A stretch of 64,000 bases of DNA from a virus. Numbering within the stretch: the first letter of the stretch is position 1; each line of letters starts with the position of its first letter. The DNA is taken from the IMG/VR virus record IMGVR_UViG_3300045450_000055, positions 1-64,000 of that record; one strand, given 5' to 3'. Below the pieces are notes generated by a model that searched no databases, had not been told where the DNA came from, and saw only the letters and a list, made by a program, of their open reading frames with translations. The position numbers were made by a program, and so were the translations under genes. Below, piece by piece: positions 18,880 through 27,464 of the stretch.

Positions 18880-18927
18880 GGAACCTATGTTACTGGTGGC
18901 AGTTGGGGCTGACCACCGGAGGGACCC

Positions 18928-19143
18928 ATGTACTTTGTAACGCCTACCAATGACCACACTGGCAAGTTTGCGGTAGTGAAGCCGTCCCCCGCTGGTGGCG
19001 TCCAACCACCTATCCTGATCGGACTGTACGACTCGGAAGATGAGGCCGAGGACGCCCGCGACGAACTGAATGACGCGTGTGGCGCTGAGGACGAGGTGGA
19101 GGATGTCCCGGACGACCTCACTCAATTTCTCAAGCGCATCTGA
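18928..19143 (+). CDS. hypothetical acidic protein
   Basis: track ORF. Confidence 0.55.
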   Translation: MYFVTPTNDHTGKFAVVKPSPAGGVQPPILIGLYDSEDEAEDARDELNDACGAEDEVEDVPDDLTQFLKRI

Positions 19144-19150
19144 GCGTGTG

Positions 19151-19179
19151 TTGACAGCCACAGGCGTCGCCGCTAGTTT
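19151..19179 (+). promoter_or_regulatory. class B promoter
   Basis: TTGACA-N17-TAGTTT (GCTAGTTT). Confidence 0.5.
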
Positions 19180-19221
19180 GGCTAGGCACTCAATAGAGTG
19201 CGACTGTCAAAGGAGACAACC

Positions 19222-19482
19222 ATGACCGACTCCCCGACGACCGGCCAGCAGCAGTTTGGCACCGTGGACGACAACCTCGCCACCGCCATTCTCCGTGAAG
19301 CCGCGATCGGCCGCCAGCAGCAGGCGGGATCGCTCGAACCCAGCGCCGTCGAAGACATCCGCATGGGCAAGCAGGATCAGTCGATCGGCTTCGAGGACGC
19401 GAAGTTCGCGCTCCAGAACGCCGACCATCTGTGGGGCAAGGCCCAGCAGGTGATGGGTGACGTGGGCAAGTCGATCTCCTGA
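19222..19482 (+). CDS. hypothetical protein
   Basis: ATG after AAGGAGAC; tail of track ORF 19198..19482. Confidence 0.65.
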   Translation: MTDSPTTGQQQFGTVDDNLATAILREAAIGRQQQAGSLEPSAVEDIRMGKQDQSIGFEDAKFALQNADHLWGKAQQVMGDVGKSIS

Positions 19483-19505
19483 TCGACACCACCTCGTAGA
19501 CAAGA

Positions 19506-19535
19506 AAGCCCGGCGCTAACGCGTCGGGCTTTTTC
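19506..19535 (+). terminator. rho-independent terminator
   Basis: AAGCCCGGCG-ctaa-CGCGTCGGGCTT + TTTT. Confidence 0.7.
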
Positions 19536-19555
19536 GTACCTGCGGCCAAGCCTTG

Positions 19556-19614
19556 TTGACATACAGGATGATTCTTCCTATTGCCGGACCAGCAAAACGA
19601 ATCGGGAGACGCTT
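19556..19614 (+). promoter_or_regulatory. class A promoter-leader cassette 8 (diverged spacer)
   Basis: TTGACA-N17(tacAGGATGATTCTTCC)-TATTGC; leader ACGAATCGGGAGAC. Confidence 0.6.
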
Positions 19615-19848
19615 ATGACGATCGAAAATCCGCAGATCACGCAGACCTACGTTGGTCGGGAGTTCATGTGGGACTTCCTGTCCGAGGTCGATTACGACCT
19701 GCTGCGCCAGAACCGGTACGCTGCCGCCTACGTCCTCGAAAACCCCGACGATTTCCCCAAGGCGGACCTCACTGCGCTCGAACGGAAGGTCGCTGAGATC
19801 GACTCGTTCTATGACCAGTACCCCGAGCGCCTTGGAGCATGTGCATGA
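19615..19848 (+). CDS. hypothetical protein
   Basis: track ORF. Confidence 0.65.
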   Translation: MTIENPQITQTYVGREFMWDFLSEVDYDLLRQNRYAAAYVLENPDDFPKADLTALERKVAEIDSFYDQYPERLGACA

Positions 19849-20330
19849 GCGAGTTCCGGGAAGCCACCACACCGGAGGATGCCGACACGCTCCGGGCCTT
19901 GCTCCCGCCGCCCGAGCGGGAGATCGGCCAGAAGGTCTTCTGGGCCGCGGACGACGCGACCGGCAGCACCGTTTTCGAGGGACGCATCACGCGCATCGAG
20001 ATCGGCCGCTATGGCTACAGCGACAACAGCGCCACCCGGAAATATGTCGCCGTAGCTGACCGTGCTTGTCACATGGACTACCGCGGCAACGCGACATGGC
20101 GTGAGAAGGGTGAGTTTCCCCGCAATCAGGAATGGATGATCGATTACTATTCCGGACTTTCCGGCGATTGGTGGTCGCGCTTGTTCCTTACCCTCGACAA
20201 GGCGTTGGAGAAAGCTGCCGAAAAACGCGACTGGTGGGCCGCTGGTGCGGAACGAGACGCCAAGGATCGTCGTCGCGACGCTGCTACGTGGCGTTCCATG
20301 AAAACTCAGCAAGAGGATGTGGTAGCATGA
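19845..20330 (+). CDS. hypothetical protein
   Basis: ATGA overlap (alt ATG 19839). Confidence 0.65.
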   Translation: MSEFREATTPEDADTLRALLPPPEREIGQKVFWAADDATGSTVFEGRITRIEIGRYGYSDNSATRKYVAVADRACHMDYRGNATWREKGEFPRNQEWMIDYYSGLSGDWWSRLFLTLDKALEKAAEKRDWWAAGAERDAKDRRRDAATWRSMKTQQEDVVA

Positions 20331-22351
20331 CTGGAAAGTTGACCCGTATCGAACCCGGCTCGACGAAGCGGATGTCGGCCCCTGATGAAGAGTCCCTGCT
20401 CGGGAAGTGGTTCTGGTTGCATACCCGTGCGCCAAGCGACTATGATAAGAAGCGGGCACCGCATCACTACCGACTAGGAGAGGACGGTCGGTGGTCAGTG
20501 CTAGTCTGTGTTATGGGCATCGGCTCCAACTATACCAATGTTGAGAGCATCAGCATGGGTGAACACGGTAGCCGCTATACGCATCGCGTTCACCACGACA
20601 ACTTCTTGTCCGAACTGACTCCAGAACCTAATGCTGAGGCGATCATCGCTGGCAATGTCGATCGCTATCAGCACCAGATGGACTCGATCATGGGACGGAT
20701 CAAGGAGACCACCGCCCGGCTCGGGGTCGTGCCCATGCAGTCGATCGAGGATCGTACCGGCGACGGCGCAAACGCACTCGCCGTGGTGTCGTCGCAGGTG
20801 GACACCGACGCCTACAAGAACGCGCTCATCCTCGCCAAGAAGGAGACGCTGCCGGCGCTCTTCGAGGAGATGAAGCACGCGTCTTCCAATCTCACCCACT
20901 GGATGAAAGCCACGTCGCTTCCGATGATGGCGGCGATCGGCCCGATGAAGGACTCGATCGAGGCGATCGACGACCGTATCTACACGATCGAGCTATACGC
21001 CGGCCTGACCGAGGACGCGGTGAAAGTCCGCGACGGCGACCCCGCCCAGACGTTCGAGAAGCTGCGCGTCATGCAGCGCCGCCTCTACATGGACGAGGAG
21101 TGCCTAGCCAACTATACGGCAGGCGGCATCGACATCAAATCGATTGGTGCGTTCGACCAGTGGATCGCAGAGCCGGAGAACTTTGAGCGTCTGCTGCCCT
21201 TCCCACGCTGCATGGTGGCGTTCCGCGTACGTCGCTTTGACAAGGATCGAGAGGTGGAAAACCTGATGGACCTCCTCGTCAACATCCAGTTACAAAACGC
21301 CGACAAGTTCACCTATCTGTATATCCGCAACGGAGAACAGGTGTGGCGCGTAACCTGTAATTTCGAGTTTGAGGAAAAGGTGTTCCCGGACATCGGGCAA
21401 TTCGATGTCACTCGACCGCAGATGGTGAAGATGTTCGCCGGCCGCGTGGACCAGATCATGGACCGCGATCGGTGGGAGTTCTTCATGGAGGAGGAACAGG
21501 CCAAGGTAACTGCCCAGCAGATGAAGCATGACGCATGGAACGCCGAACAGGACCCGGCCATGGTGAACAAGTCGTTCCACAATCCTCACCGGGTGAACGA
21601 CTACAAGTTGCGGGAGCTTCGCGAGTATGAACCGTTGAACCCAACGAACGTCTATTTCGATGAAGCGTCGAAGTTCATCTCGGATGAGATCAAGAAGTTC
21701 AACCGTGTTGCCATCATCATTCAGGGACTGTTCGATCGCAGCCTCGTCCTGCACCCGCACCCGCCGGTGCAGGTCTGGCATCCGTCGAGCATGATACAGT
21801 CGCTGGAGTTCATCTACGACGCCACCTTTACCTTGTCGGATGGTGAGAAGCCTGACTTCGAGGCGTACCGAGCCAAGCTCAACGCCTTGATCGGACCCGA
21901 CTCCATCGTGACCGGACAGGAAGACTTCTGGCGGCGTCTGGAAGCGATCAAGGAGAACGCCCGGATCGAGAAGGAAGGATACGACTCTCGCCGACACCGC
22001 CCGAACTACAAGCGACTGACGCCTAGCTATAGCGACGGACCGGGTTTAGTCAGCAACATGACCGAATGGAAGGTACGAGCGAAAAAAGCCGTGTTCCGCT
22101 TCGTCCGCAACCGGGGACGCTACGGCTTCGGTGATGAAATCAGTACGTCTGTGGACGTGCCGGTTAGTGAAATTCTGAATGTCTCCGCCTACACGCCCGG
22201 CGACTACAAGATGTTCCTGTCCGATCACCGCACCCGGCAGGAGTACATCAAGTGGGCTTACCTGTTGCTGGCAGCAGAAGACTACCATGCCGGTAAGCTA
22301 CCATTGAACGTGGCCGGTCATCGGTGCCGCGGCCGGCACAATGGATCGTAA
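20327..22351 (+). CDS. large hypothetical protein (674 aa)
   Basis: ATGA overlap; tail of track ORF 20132..22351; no motif recognised. Confidence 0.75.
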   Translation: MTGKLTRIEPGSTKRMSAPDEESLLGKWFWLHTRAPSDYDKKRAPHHYRLGEDGRWSVLVCVMGIGSNYTNVESISMGEHGSRYTHRVHHDNFLSELTPEPNAEAIIAGNVDRYQHQMDSIMGRIKETTARLGVVPMQSIEDRTGDGANALAVVSSQVDTDAYKNALILAKKETLPALFEEMKHASSNLTHWMKATSLPMMAAIGPMKDSIEAIDDRIYTIELYAGLTEDAVKVRDGDPAQTFEKLRVMQRRLYMDEECLANYTAGGIDIKSIGAFDQWIAEPENFERLLPFPRCMVAFRVRRFDKDREVENLMDLLVNIQLQNADKFTYLYIRNGEQVWRVTCNFEFEEKVFPDIGQFDVTRPQMVKMFAGRVDQIMDRDRWEFFMEEEQAKVTAQQMKHDAWNAEQDPAMVNKSFHNPHRVNDYKLRELREYEPLNPTNVYFDEASKFISDEIKKFNRVAIIIQGLFDRSLVLHPHPPVQVWHPSSMIQSLEFIYDATFTLSDGEKPDFEAYRAKLNALIGPDSIVTGQEDFWRRLEAIKENARIEKEGYDSRRHRPNYKRLTPSYSDGPGLVSNMTEWKVRAKKAVFRFVRNRGRYGFGDEISTSVDVPVSEILNVSAYTPGDYKMFLSDHRTRQEYIKWAYLLLAAEDYHAGKLPLNVAGHRCRGRHNGS

Positions 22352-22364
22352 TGAAAGGATCACT

Positions 22365-22781
22365 ATGAACACCGAAGACCCGCTCATCCTGTACGTCCTG
22401 ATGAGGACGGACCTGCCCGACTATCAGGCCGGCAAGAGCATGGCGCAAGCCAATCACGCCGGCACCCGCTTCATGCGGGACATGGCGAAGCTCTCCGCCG
22501 ACCACCTCCGTCTCCTTCGCAGCTACAACGAATGGCTCCAGCAGGCGGATGGCTTTGGTACGTGTATTGTACTGGGCGTGACCCGTGCCGAGCTTCACCA
22601 GCGCTTGGCGACAGGTGCCGGGAGTGTGGAGCGTATATCCGGCCTAATCCATGACCCCACTTATCCTATCCGGGACGGAAATCAGGTTCTTACTCTTCCG
22701 ATCGACACCTGCGGTTACGTTTTTGGAAGAAAGTCGGCGTGCTACTGGGCGACGACGGGATTACACCTCTTCCGGGATTGA
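22365..22781 (+). CDS. peptidyl-tRNA hydrolase, PTH2 family
   Basis: LILYVLMRTDLPDYQAGKSMAQANHAG.. = v-v-R-x-DL-x4-GK-x-AQ-x-HA motif; C-terminal ..TGLHLF. Confidence 0.65.
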   Translation: MNTEDPLILYVLMRTDLPDYQAGKSMAQANHAGTRFMRDMAKLSADHLRLLRSYNEWLQQADGFGTCIVLGVTRAELHQRLATGAGSVERISGLIHDPTYPIRDGNQVLTLPIDTCGYVFGRKSACYWATTGLHLFRD

Positions 22782-22836
22782 CTAACCGGAAGAATAATCC
22801 TACCACAATCGTATCGAAACGAATCGGGAGACAGTC
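22778..22836 (+). promoter_or_regulatory. class A promoter-leader cassette 9 (AATAA variant)
   Basis: TTGACT-N17(aaccGGAAGAATAATCC)-TACCAC; leader ACGAATCGGGAGAC. Confidence 0.6.
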
Positions 22837-23103
22837 GTGAACAAGGAACGTCGCAAGGCAATCGCAGCCGCCATCGCCGTCATCGAAGAGGCGCGTGAAA
22901 AGCTCGACATGGCGAAGGAGATGATCGACGATATCAAATCCGAAGAGGAAGAGTACAAGGAGAACATGCCGGAATCGATGCAGGACGGCGACAAAGGTCA
23001 GCGTGCCGACGAGGCGATCGACGCCCTTGGCGAAGCATACGGCCTGATCGAAAACTTCGACATCGACGAGATCACCGGCCAACTCGAAACGGCCGCCCAG
23101 TGA
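22837..23103 (+). CDS. hypothetical acidic helical protein
   Basis: track ORF, GTG after GGGAGAC. Confidence 0.65.
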   Translation: MNKERRKAIAAAIAVIEEAREKLDMAKEMIDDIKSEEEEYKENMPESMQDGDKGQRADEAIDALGEAYGLIENFDIDEITGQLETAAQ

Positions 23104-23441
23104 GGGTCGAGCCCAAGCCGGCGTACCTCAAAGCGTCGTCACCAAAACAGGCGATGATTGCCTTCCATGCGGAGCAGGTCGAGTTCTTGCGGACGTGTAT
23201 CCGCGAGCATCGCGAGTTCTGCATGGTGTCGGACAGCGACCGCGGCGTCAAAATCGATGAGATGTGGTTCAAGGAACACGAGGAACGCATCGCTACCCTC
23301 AAGTGGGAGGACGGATCGGTATCGGCCGTCTGGCGTGATCGTCTGGCCTTCCACGAAGCGTCACTGGAGTATCTGACCCATGCGTATCGGCCGTCTGGCG
23401 TGATCGTCTTGCCTTCCACGAAGCGTCACTGGAGTATCTGA
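23100..23441 (+). CDS. hypothetical protein with frameshifted tail created by a 65-bp duplication
   Basis: track ORF; last ~21 codons are duplicated DNA read in another frame. Confidence 0.6.
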   Translation: MRVEPKPAYLKASSPKQAMIAFHAEQVEFLRTCIREHREFCMVSDSDRGVKIDEMWFKEHEERIATLKWEDGSVSAVWRDRLAFHEASLEYLTHAYRPSGVIVLPSTKRHWSI

Positions 23442-23452
23442 CCCATGCGTGA
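23323..23452. repeat. 65-bp direct tandem duplication (2 copies, few mismatches) across a gene junction
   Basis: CGGCCGTCTGGCGTGATCGTCT(G/T)GCCTTCCACGAAGCGTCACTGGAGTATCTGACCCATGCGT.. at 23323 and 23388. Confidence 0.9.
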
Positions 23453-23849
23453 TCTTCGCCTACCTCTCGATATCCAAGCCGCTCAGCGCTCATTCGAGCG
23501 CGCCCGCGAGGAGGAGACCAACGACCTGTTCTGGCCGGATATCGATGGCTTCTTCCAAGGCTGGGCGGCGCACAAGGAATACATCAAGGCGCTCGAACGC
23601 CATCGTTACGACGATTCACACTGGCGGATGGCAGGCGTCATGCTGATCGGCATCGGTGGTATGCTCGGCGTCGCTTCGCTTTTCCTCTATCTCAGCACGC
23701 CGGCCAGTCGTCTTGTTGACGACTGGGAGTGGCGCACGGTGTACCCTGCCATCGGTCTGCTGGTCATCGGCATCTTCGCGCTTCGTCGCGGTTTGGCTAA
23801 GAACCGGGAGAGCCAAGCTGTATTTGACGAACGGTGGTACGGAAAATAA
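23445..23849 (+). CDS. membrane protein (2 predicted TM helices)
   Basis: track ORF; hydrophobic stretches GVMLIGIGGMLGVASLFLYL and YPAIGLLVIGIFAL. Confidence 0.65.
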   Translation: MRDLRLPLDIQAAQRSFERAREEETNDLFWPDIDGFFQGWAAHKEYIKALERHRYDDSHWRMAGVMLIGIGGMLGVASLFLYLSTPASRLVDDWEWRTVYPAIGLLVIGIFALRRGLAKNRESQAVFDERWYGK

Positions 23850-23861
23850 CCATCGAATCGT

Positions 23862-23921
23862 TTGACGGGTAGGAAGAATAATCCTACCCGTATCTCAGCA
23901 ACAACGAATCGGGAGACAGAC
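23862..23921 (+). promoter_or_regulatory. class A promoter-leader cassette 10 (AATAA variant)
   Basis: TTGACG-N17(gGTAGGAAGAATAATCC)-TACCCG; leader ACGAATCGGGAGAC. Confidence 0.6.
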
Positions 23922-24137
23922 ATGAAGCTCAAGAAAAAGACGGAGTTCGGGGTCATCAAGGTGCAGGACGAAAACGGCGGCCCGGTGGCCGCCTTCTCGA
24001 ACGACCACGCCGGCTCGATCGCCTACGAGTGCATGAAGAGCGGACTGGTTCACTACCCCGGCGCTACCCTGTTCGATGAGGATGTCGGCCAGATGATGGT
24101 CGGCGACGTGTCCGATCTCGTTGGGAACCCGATCTGA
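23922..24137 (+). CDS. hypothetical protein
   Basis: ATG after GGGAGAC; tail of track ORF 23862..24137. Confidence 0.65.
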   Translation: MKLKKKTEFGVIKVQDENGGPVAAFSNDHAGSIAYECMKSGLVHYPGATLFDEDVGQMMVGDVSDLVGNPI

Positions 24138-24328
24138 TGCAGAAGGAAGATGTCGCCAAGACCGTCGCCGGGACGCTGGCCTTCGCCGCCCGGCAGGCTT
24201 CCAGTCCTTTGTTCGAGGACATCATCCACGGCCCGCGTCGCGACGAGGTGACACTCACGGTGGCCTTGCCGGGGCTTCCGCGCTTCCGCCTGCGGATCGA
24301 GCAGATCGAGGAGGCCGCTGATGGCTGA
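24137..24328 (+). CDS. hypothetical protein
   Basis: track ORF; TGATG coupling. Confidence 0.6.
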   Translation: MQKEDVAKTVAGTLAFAARQASSPLFEDIIHGPRRDEVTLTVALPGLPRFRLRIEQIEEAADG

Positions 24329-24536
24329 GGCACGAAACGTCACCGCCATCAAGCGCTGGGTCGCGGAGAACAGGCCGGATATGGTCAGCCAAATCGACCA
24401 GATCGTCAACGACATCGGACCCCGCGGCGCAGCCTTTACCCTGCTCATGGCAACCTCATTCGAAGCAGGTCGCATGTTTCAGGCGACTGAGGTTGCTCAC
24501 CCGGATCGCTATATCCCGATGCAGGAAGTGTACTGA
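24321..24536 (+). CDS. hypothetical protein
   Basis: track ORF. Confidence 0.6.
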   Translation: MAEARNVTAIKRWVAENRPDMVSQIDQIVNDIGPRGAAFTLLMATSFEAGRMFQATEVAHPDRYIPMQEVY

Positions 24537-24538
24537 CC

Positions 24539-24760
24539 ATGCGGTATCCGACACCCACGCTCACCGGCCACTTCTGGGCCAAGCAGAAGCTGACCGACAC
24601 CGAGACCGAGTCGCCTTCGGGCGATTGGGAGGTCGTGCAGGTCTTCTACTGCGATGACAACGAGGTTCTTCGCGTGTTCGTCCCCGGCTTCGGCTCGTCG
24701 GAGTCGATCGAGAACTTCTTCTGGGGACCCGAAGTCCTCCTTCCCAAGGAACTTTCCTGA
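24539..24760 (+). CDS. hypothetical protein
   Basis: track ORF. Confidence 0.6.
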   Translation: MRYPTPTLTGHFWAKQKLTDTETESPSGDWEVVQVFYCDDNEVLRVFVPGFGSSESIENFFWGPEVLLPKELS

Positions 24761-25092
24761 TGGTCATGAGCGCAGCGGCACTGGCTGGCATCCGCGACAA
24801 CGGACACGGCTGGAAGTATGATATCAGTCTTGGTGGCCTGACCGCGACCATCGGGGCTATGGGATACAATACGCCCGATAGCGAAGTTGAGCAGTGTGCC
24901 GTCCGAATCGCCGAAGCAATTCGTAGGTTCGCCACCATCATTCACCGGCGTGACGAGCGTCTGGCTACCGTGCTGGACGACGAAGCCAACGAGATCGAGT
25001 ACGTCGCCGACTGCGGCCTCGACGAGGTTCGTGAACGGCTGTCCGCCATGTACGACACGTTCGATTATGAACGCATCTGCGTGGTCGGCTGA
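24760..25092 (+). CDS. hypothetical protein
   Basis: track ORF; TGATG coupling. Confidence 0.6.
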   Translation: MVMSAAALAGIRDNGHGWKYDISLGGLTATIGAMGYNTPDSEVEQCAVRIAEAIRRFATIIHRRDERLATVLDDEANEIEYVADCGLDEVRERLSAMYDTFDYERICVVG

Positions 25093-25250
25093 TGGCTGAC
25101 AAAAAGCCGTGGCAATCGCAGCTTCCGGGCGGCGGTAATAACATCCCCGAAAGCTATCTGCGAAAGCTCGGCCTTCGCGGCGAGACCGGCAAACGCGACG
25201 ACGATCCTGAGGACGGTGATCTTGCTCGTTTCATTCGAGACGAGCTATGA
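25092..25250 (+). CDS. hypothetical small protein (52 aa, below track cutoff)
   Basis: hand-translated MADKKPWQSQLPGGGNNIPESYLRKLG..; coupled at both ends. Confidence 0.45.
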   Translation: MADKKPWQSQLPGGGNNIPESYLRKLGLRGETGKRDDDPEDGDLARFIRDEL

Positions 25251-25594
25251 AGCTCTGTCACGATGCGCCGTGCCCTGAATGTCCGTGGCGAAAGGCTTCC
25301 GCAGCAGGATGGCTCGGAGGGTGGCCGCCTGAGATGTACGCTGATGCGGTACATGGCAACGAGGTCCCGGCCTGCCACATGCAGGATTTCGGCCCTGACA
25401 GCCCACGTACCGCAATGTGTGCGGGGGCCTTGTCGGTAATGGCGAACTCCGCCACATCGGCATGGAAGACGCCGGGCGGCGACGACGCGAAGCGAGCAGT
25501 AGGACAACGAGAAGATACGTTCCGACACCCGTCGCTCTTTTATCAACACCACACAGGCGAAGAGTGGGTTCACCCGCTCCTTCGTAACAAATAG
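25247..25594 (+). CDS. Cys-rich hypothetical protein
   Basis: track ORF; CHDAPCPECPW.. cluster. Confidence 0.6.
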   Translation: MKLCHDAPCPECPWRKASAAGWLGGWPPEMYADAVHGNEVPACHMQDFGPDSPRTAMCAGALSVMANSATSAWKTPGGDDAKRAVGQREDTFRHPSLFYQHHTGEEWVHPLLRNK

Positions 25595-25607
25595 CAGGAG
25601 CTTCGAA

Positions 25608-25994
25608 GTGTTTCAGGTCGTGTACTATGACAAGGACGCCATCAACGCGGCCGTAAAGGAAGCAGGGCTTGCTCCTGATATGGCTGACACCTTTGCCCAA
25701 GCGGAGGAGGAGACCTATCGACGGGTTGCTGATTACAATAGCCTCGGCACCGCGGTTGCAGCAGCCGTAAAGTTGCTTCATCTCGATACCGACTTCTTCG
25801 GCACCATTCACATCCATCACATGGCACTCGTCAAGCGCGGAGACGCCGAACCGGCATGGGAAACCTTCGCCCTGTGGGAAGTGATTGCCGACAGCGACGC
25901 AGCCGACTTCAACGTGGATGATCCGCAGTACACGTATGATCTGGGGCTCGGTCCCGACGACGAGATCGTCCTGACCACTAACGAAATCGTCTGA
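25608..25994 (+). CDS. hypothetical protein
   Basis: track ORF, GTG start. Confidence 0.6.
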   Translation: MFQVVYYDKDAINAAVKEAGLAPDMADTFAQAEEETYRRVADYNSLGTAVAAAVKLLHLDTDFFGTIHIHHMALVKRGDAEPAWETFALWEVIADSDAADFNVDDPQYTYDLGLGPDDEIVLTTNEIV

Positions 25995-26380
25995 TGGAGC
26001 AGGAAGCAGTGACGCTGCCGTTGAGCCGCAAGGAGGCAGAAGCGATCATGTGGGGCCTTGCCCAGATCGGCGACTATCTCGATCGCGAGCCGACCGACCC
26101 GGCCGATCCCTTGCGACGCCTGCTCGATCTCGGATACACCCGAGAATCGATCGGAGAGACGTGTGAGGGCCTGTTTGCGGTCGCCTACGGGGATTGGCTG
26201 GCGTCGCCGCTTACGTCCCTAGAAGGGGATATTCTGAGGATGTGCGTGGAGTCCACGTCATGGGTCGCCGCGTACAGCCTCGAAGGTATTTCCACCACGG
26301 AAGCGCGGACCACGCTCCGCTCCCTCGCCGCCAAGCTCGACAAGCTCGGCATCGACATCAACCACATCCCCAACAACTAG
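25994..26380 (+). CDS. hypothetical protein
   Basis: track ORF; TGATG coupling. Confidence 0.6.
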   Translation: MEQEAVTLPLSRKEAEAIMWGLAQIGDYLDREPTDPADPLRRLLDLGYTRESIGETCEGLFAVAYGDWLASPLTSLEGDILRMCVESTSWVAAYSLEGISTTEARTTLRSLAAKLDKLGIDINHIPNN

Positions 26381-26388
26381 GAGGAATC

Positions 26389-27453
26389 ATGCACGACGTT
26401 TTCTGTTTCGCGCTCCGTGGACGCCCCTACGGCCCGCAGCACGAGTTCAACATCCTGCAAGGGCTGGAGATCGCCCAGTACGGGTTCATCTTTATCGGTT
26501 CGGCCGAAGAGCCGATCAACTTCCGCAATGCGTTCACGGCTGCGGAAGTGGCGCAGATGATCCGCGGCTCGCTGACCGCAGCCCAGAACGATCGCATCTT
26601 CATCTTCGCAGTCGAGGATCAAGACAGCGATCCTCAGTGGGCGACCCTGATCCAGCGCCTCACGGCCGAGACCGCAGCCACCCTGTCGCTCGGGCACCCG
26701 CCCCGCGTCACGTTGGTCGGACACGCCAAGGACCATTCGTCCTATTACCTCAAGCTGTTCCCGCAATGGGAATCGTACAATACGCCCAACTTCGGCAACA
26801 ACATGTCGGCGACGGACCTGCGTCACGCGCTCTACAACGCGACCGATCCCATGACCGAACTCAGCGTGATCCATGCACGCGATCGTCTTCCGATCGGCAC
26901 CTTCACTTTCCTGCGCCAGTGGGTCCGGTCGCCGGCCTTCGAGAGGATGCGGGACGAGTATCTGTTCAACGTCAAGGAGGACGCCAAGTACGGCCCCCAC
27001 CCTTATCGTCAGGTGCATATCCACGCGACCGCCGACTACTGCCTGATGCAGTCAGGCGCGGTGCTGCTGGTCCGGCGCGGCGAGATGCCGGGTAAGGGAC
27101 AGTGGGCGCTTCCGGGCGGCCACATTGGTGACCATGAGCGGTTCCGCGACGCTGCTGTCCGTGAACTGTGTGAGGAGACCTCGATCCTCGAACTCAACAG
27201 CACGCTGGACAAGGGCGACCTGTACGCTGCGATCAAGGCAGAGAAGGTGTACGACGATCCGTGGCGTTCGACCCGGATGCGGACCATCGACATGGCCTAT
27301 GGCGGCATCCTTCACCGGACCACGCGTCCGCTGGTCGAAGGCACCGACGACGCCGAAGCGGCGCGGTGGTGGAACCTCGACGAGGTGGTGCGCTCCATGA
27401 TGTTCGAGGATCATTACAATATGATCCAATTCTTCTCTCAGACTCTGCGCTAA
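26389..27453 (+). CDS. NMN adenylyltransferase-like / Nudix hydrolase fusion (NadM-Nudix type)
   Basis: TAGGAGGA RBS; C-terminal Nudix box GGHIGDHERFRDAAVRELCEETS; N-terminal domain has RGRPYGPQHEFN where NadM has GRFQPxHxGH. Confidence 0.65.
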   Translation: MHDVFCFALRGRPYGPQHEFNILQGLEIAQYGFIFIGSAEEPINFRNAFTAAEVAQMIRGSLTAAQNDRIFIFAVEDQDSDPQWATLIQRLTAETAATLSLGHPPRVTLVGHAKDHSSYYLKLFPQWESYNTPNFGNNMSATDLRHALYNATDPMTELSVIHARDRLPIGTFTFLRQWVRSPAFERMRDEYLFNVKEDAKYGPHPYRQVHIHATADYCLMQSGAVLLVRRGEMPGKGQWALPGGHIGDHERFRDAAVRELCEETSILELNSTLDKGDLYAAIKAEKVYDDPWRSTRMRTIDMAYGGILHRTTRPLVEGTDDAEAARWWNLDEVVRSMMFEDHYNMIQFFSQTLR

Positions 27454-27464
27454 GGGGCGTCACC

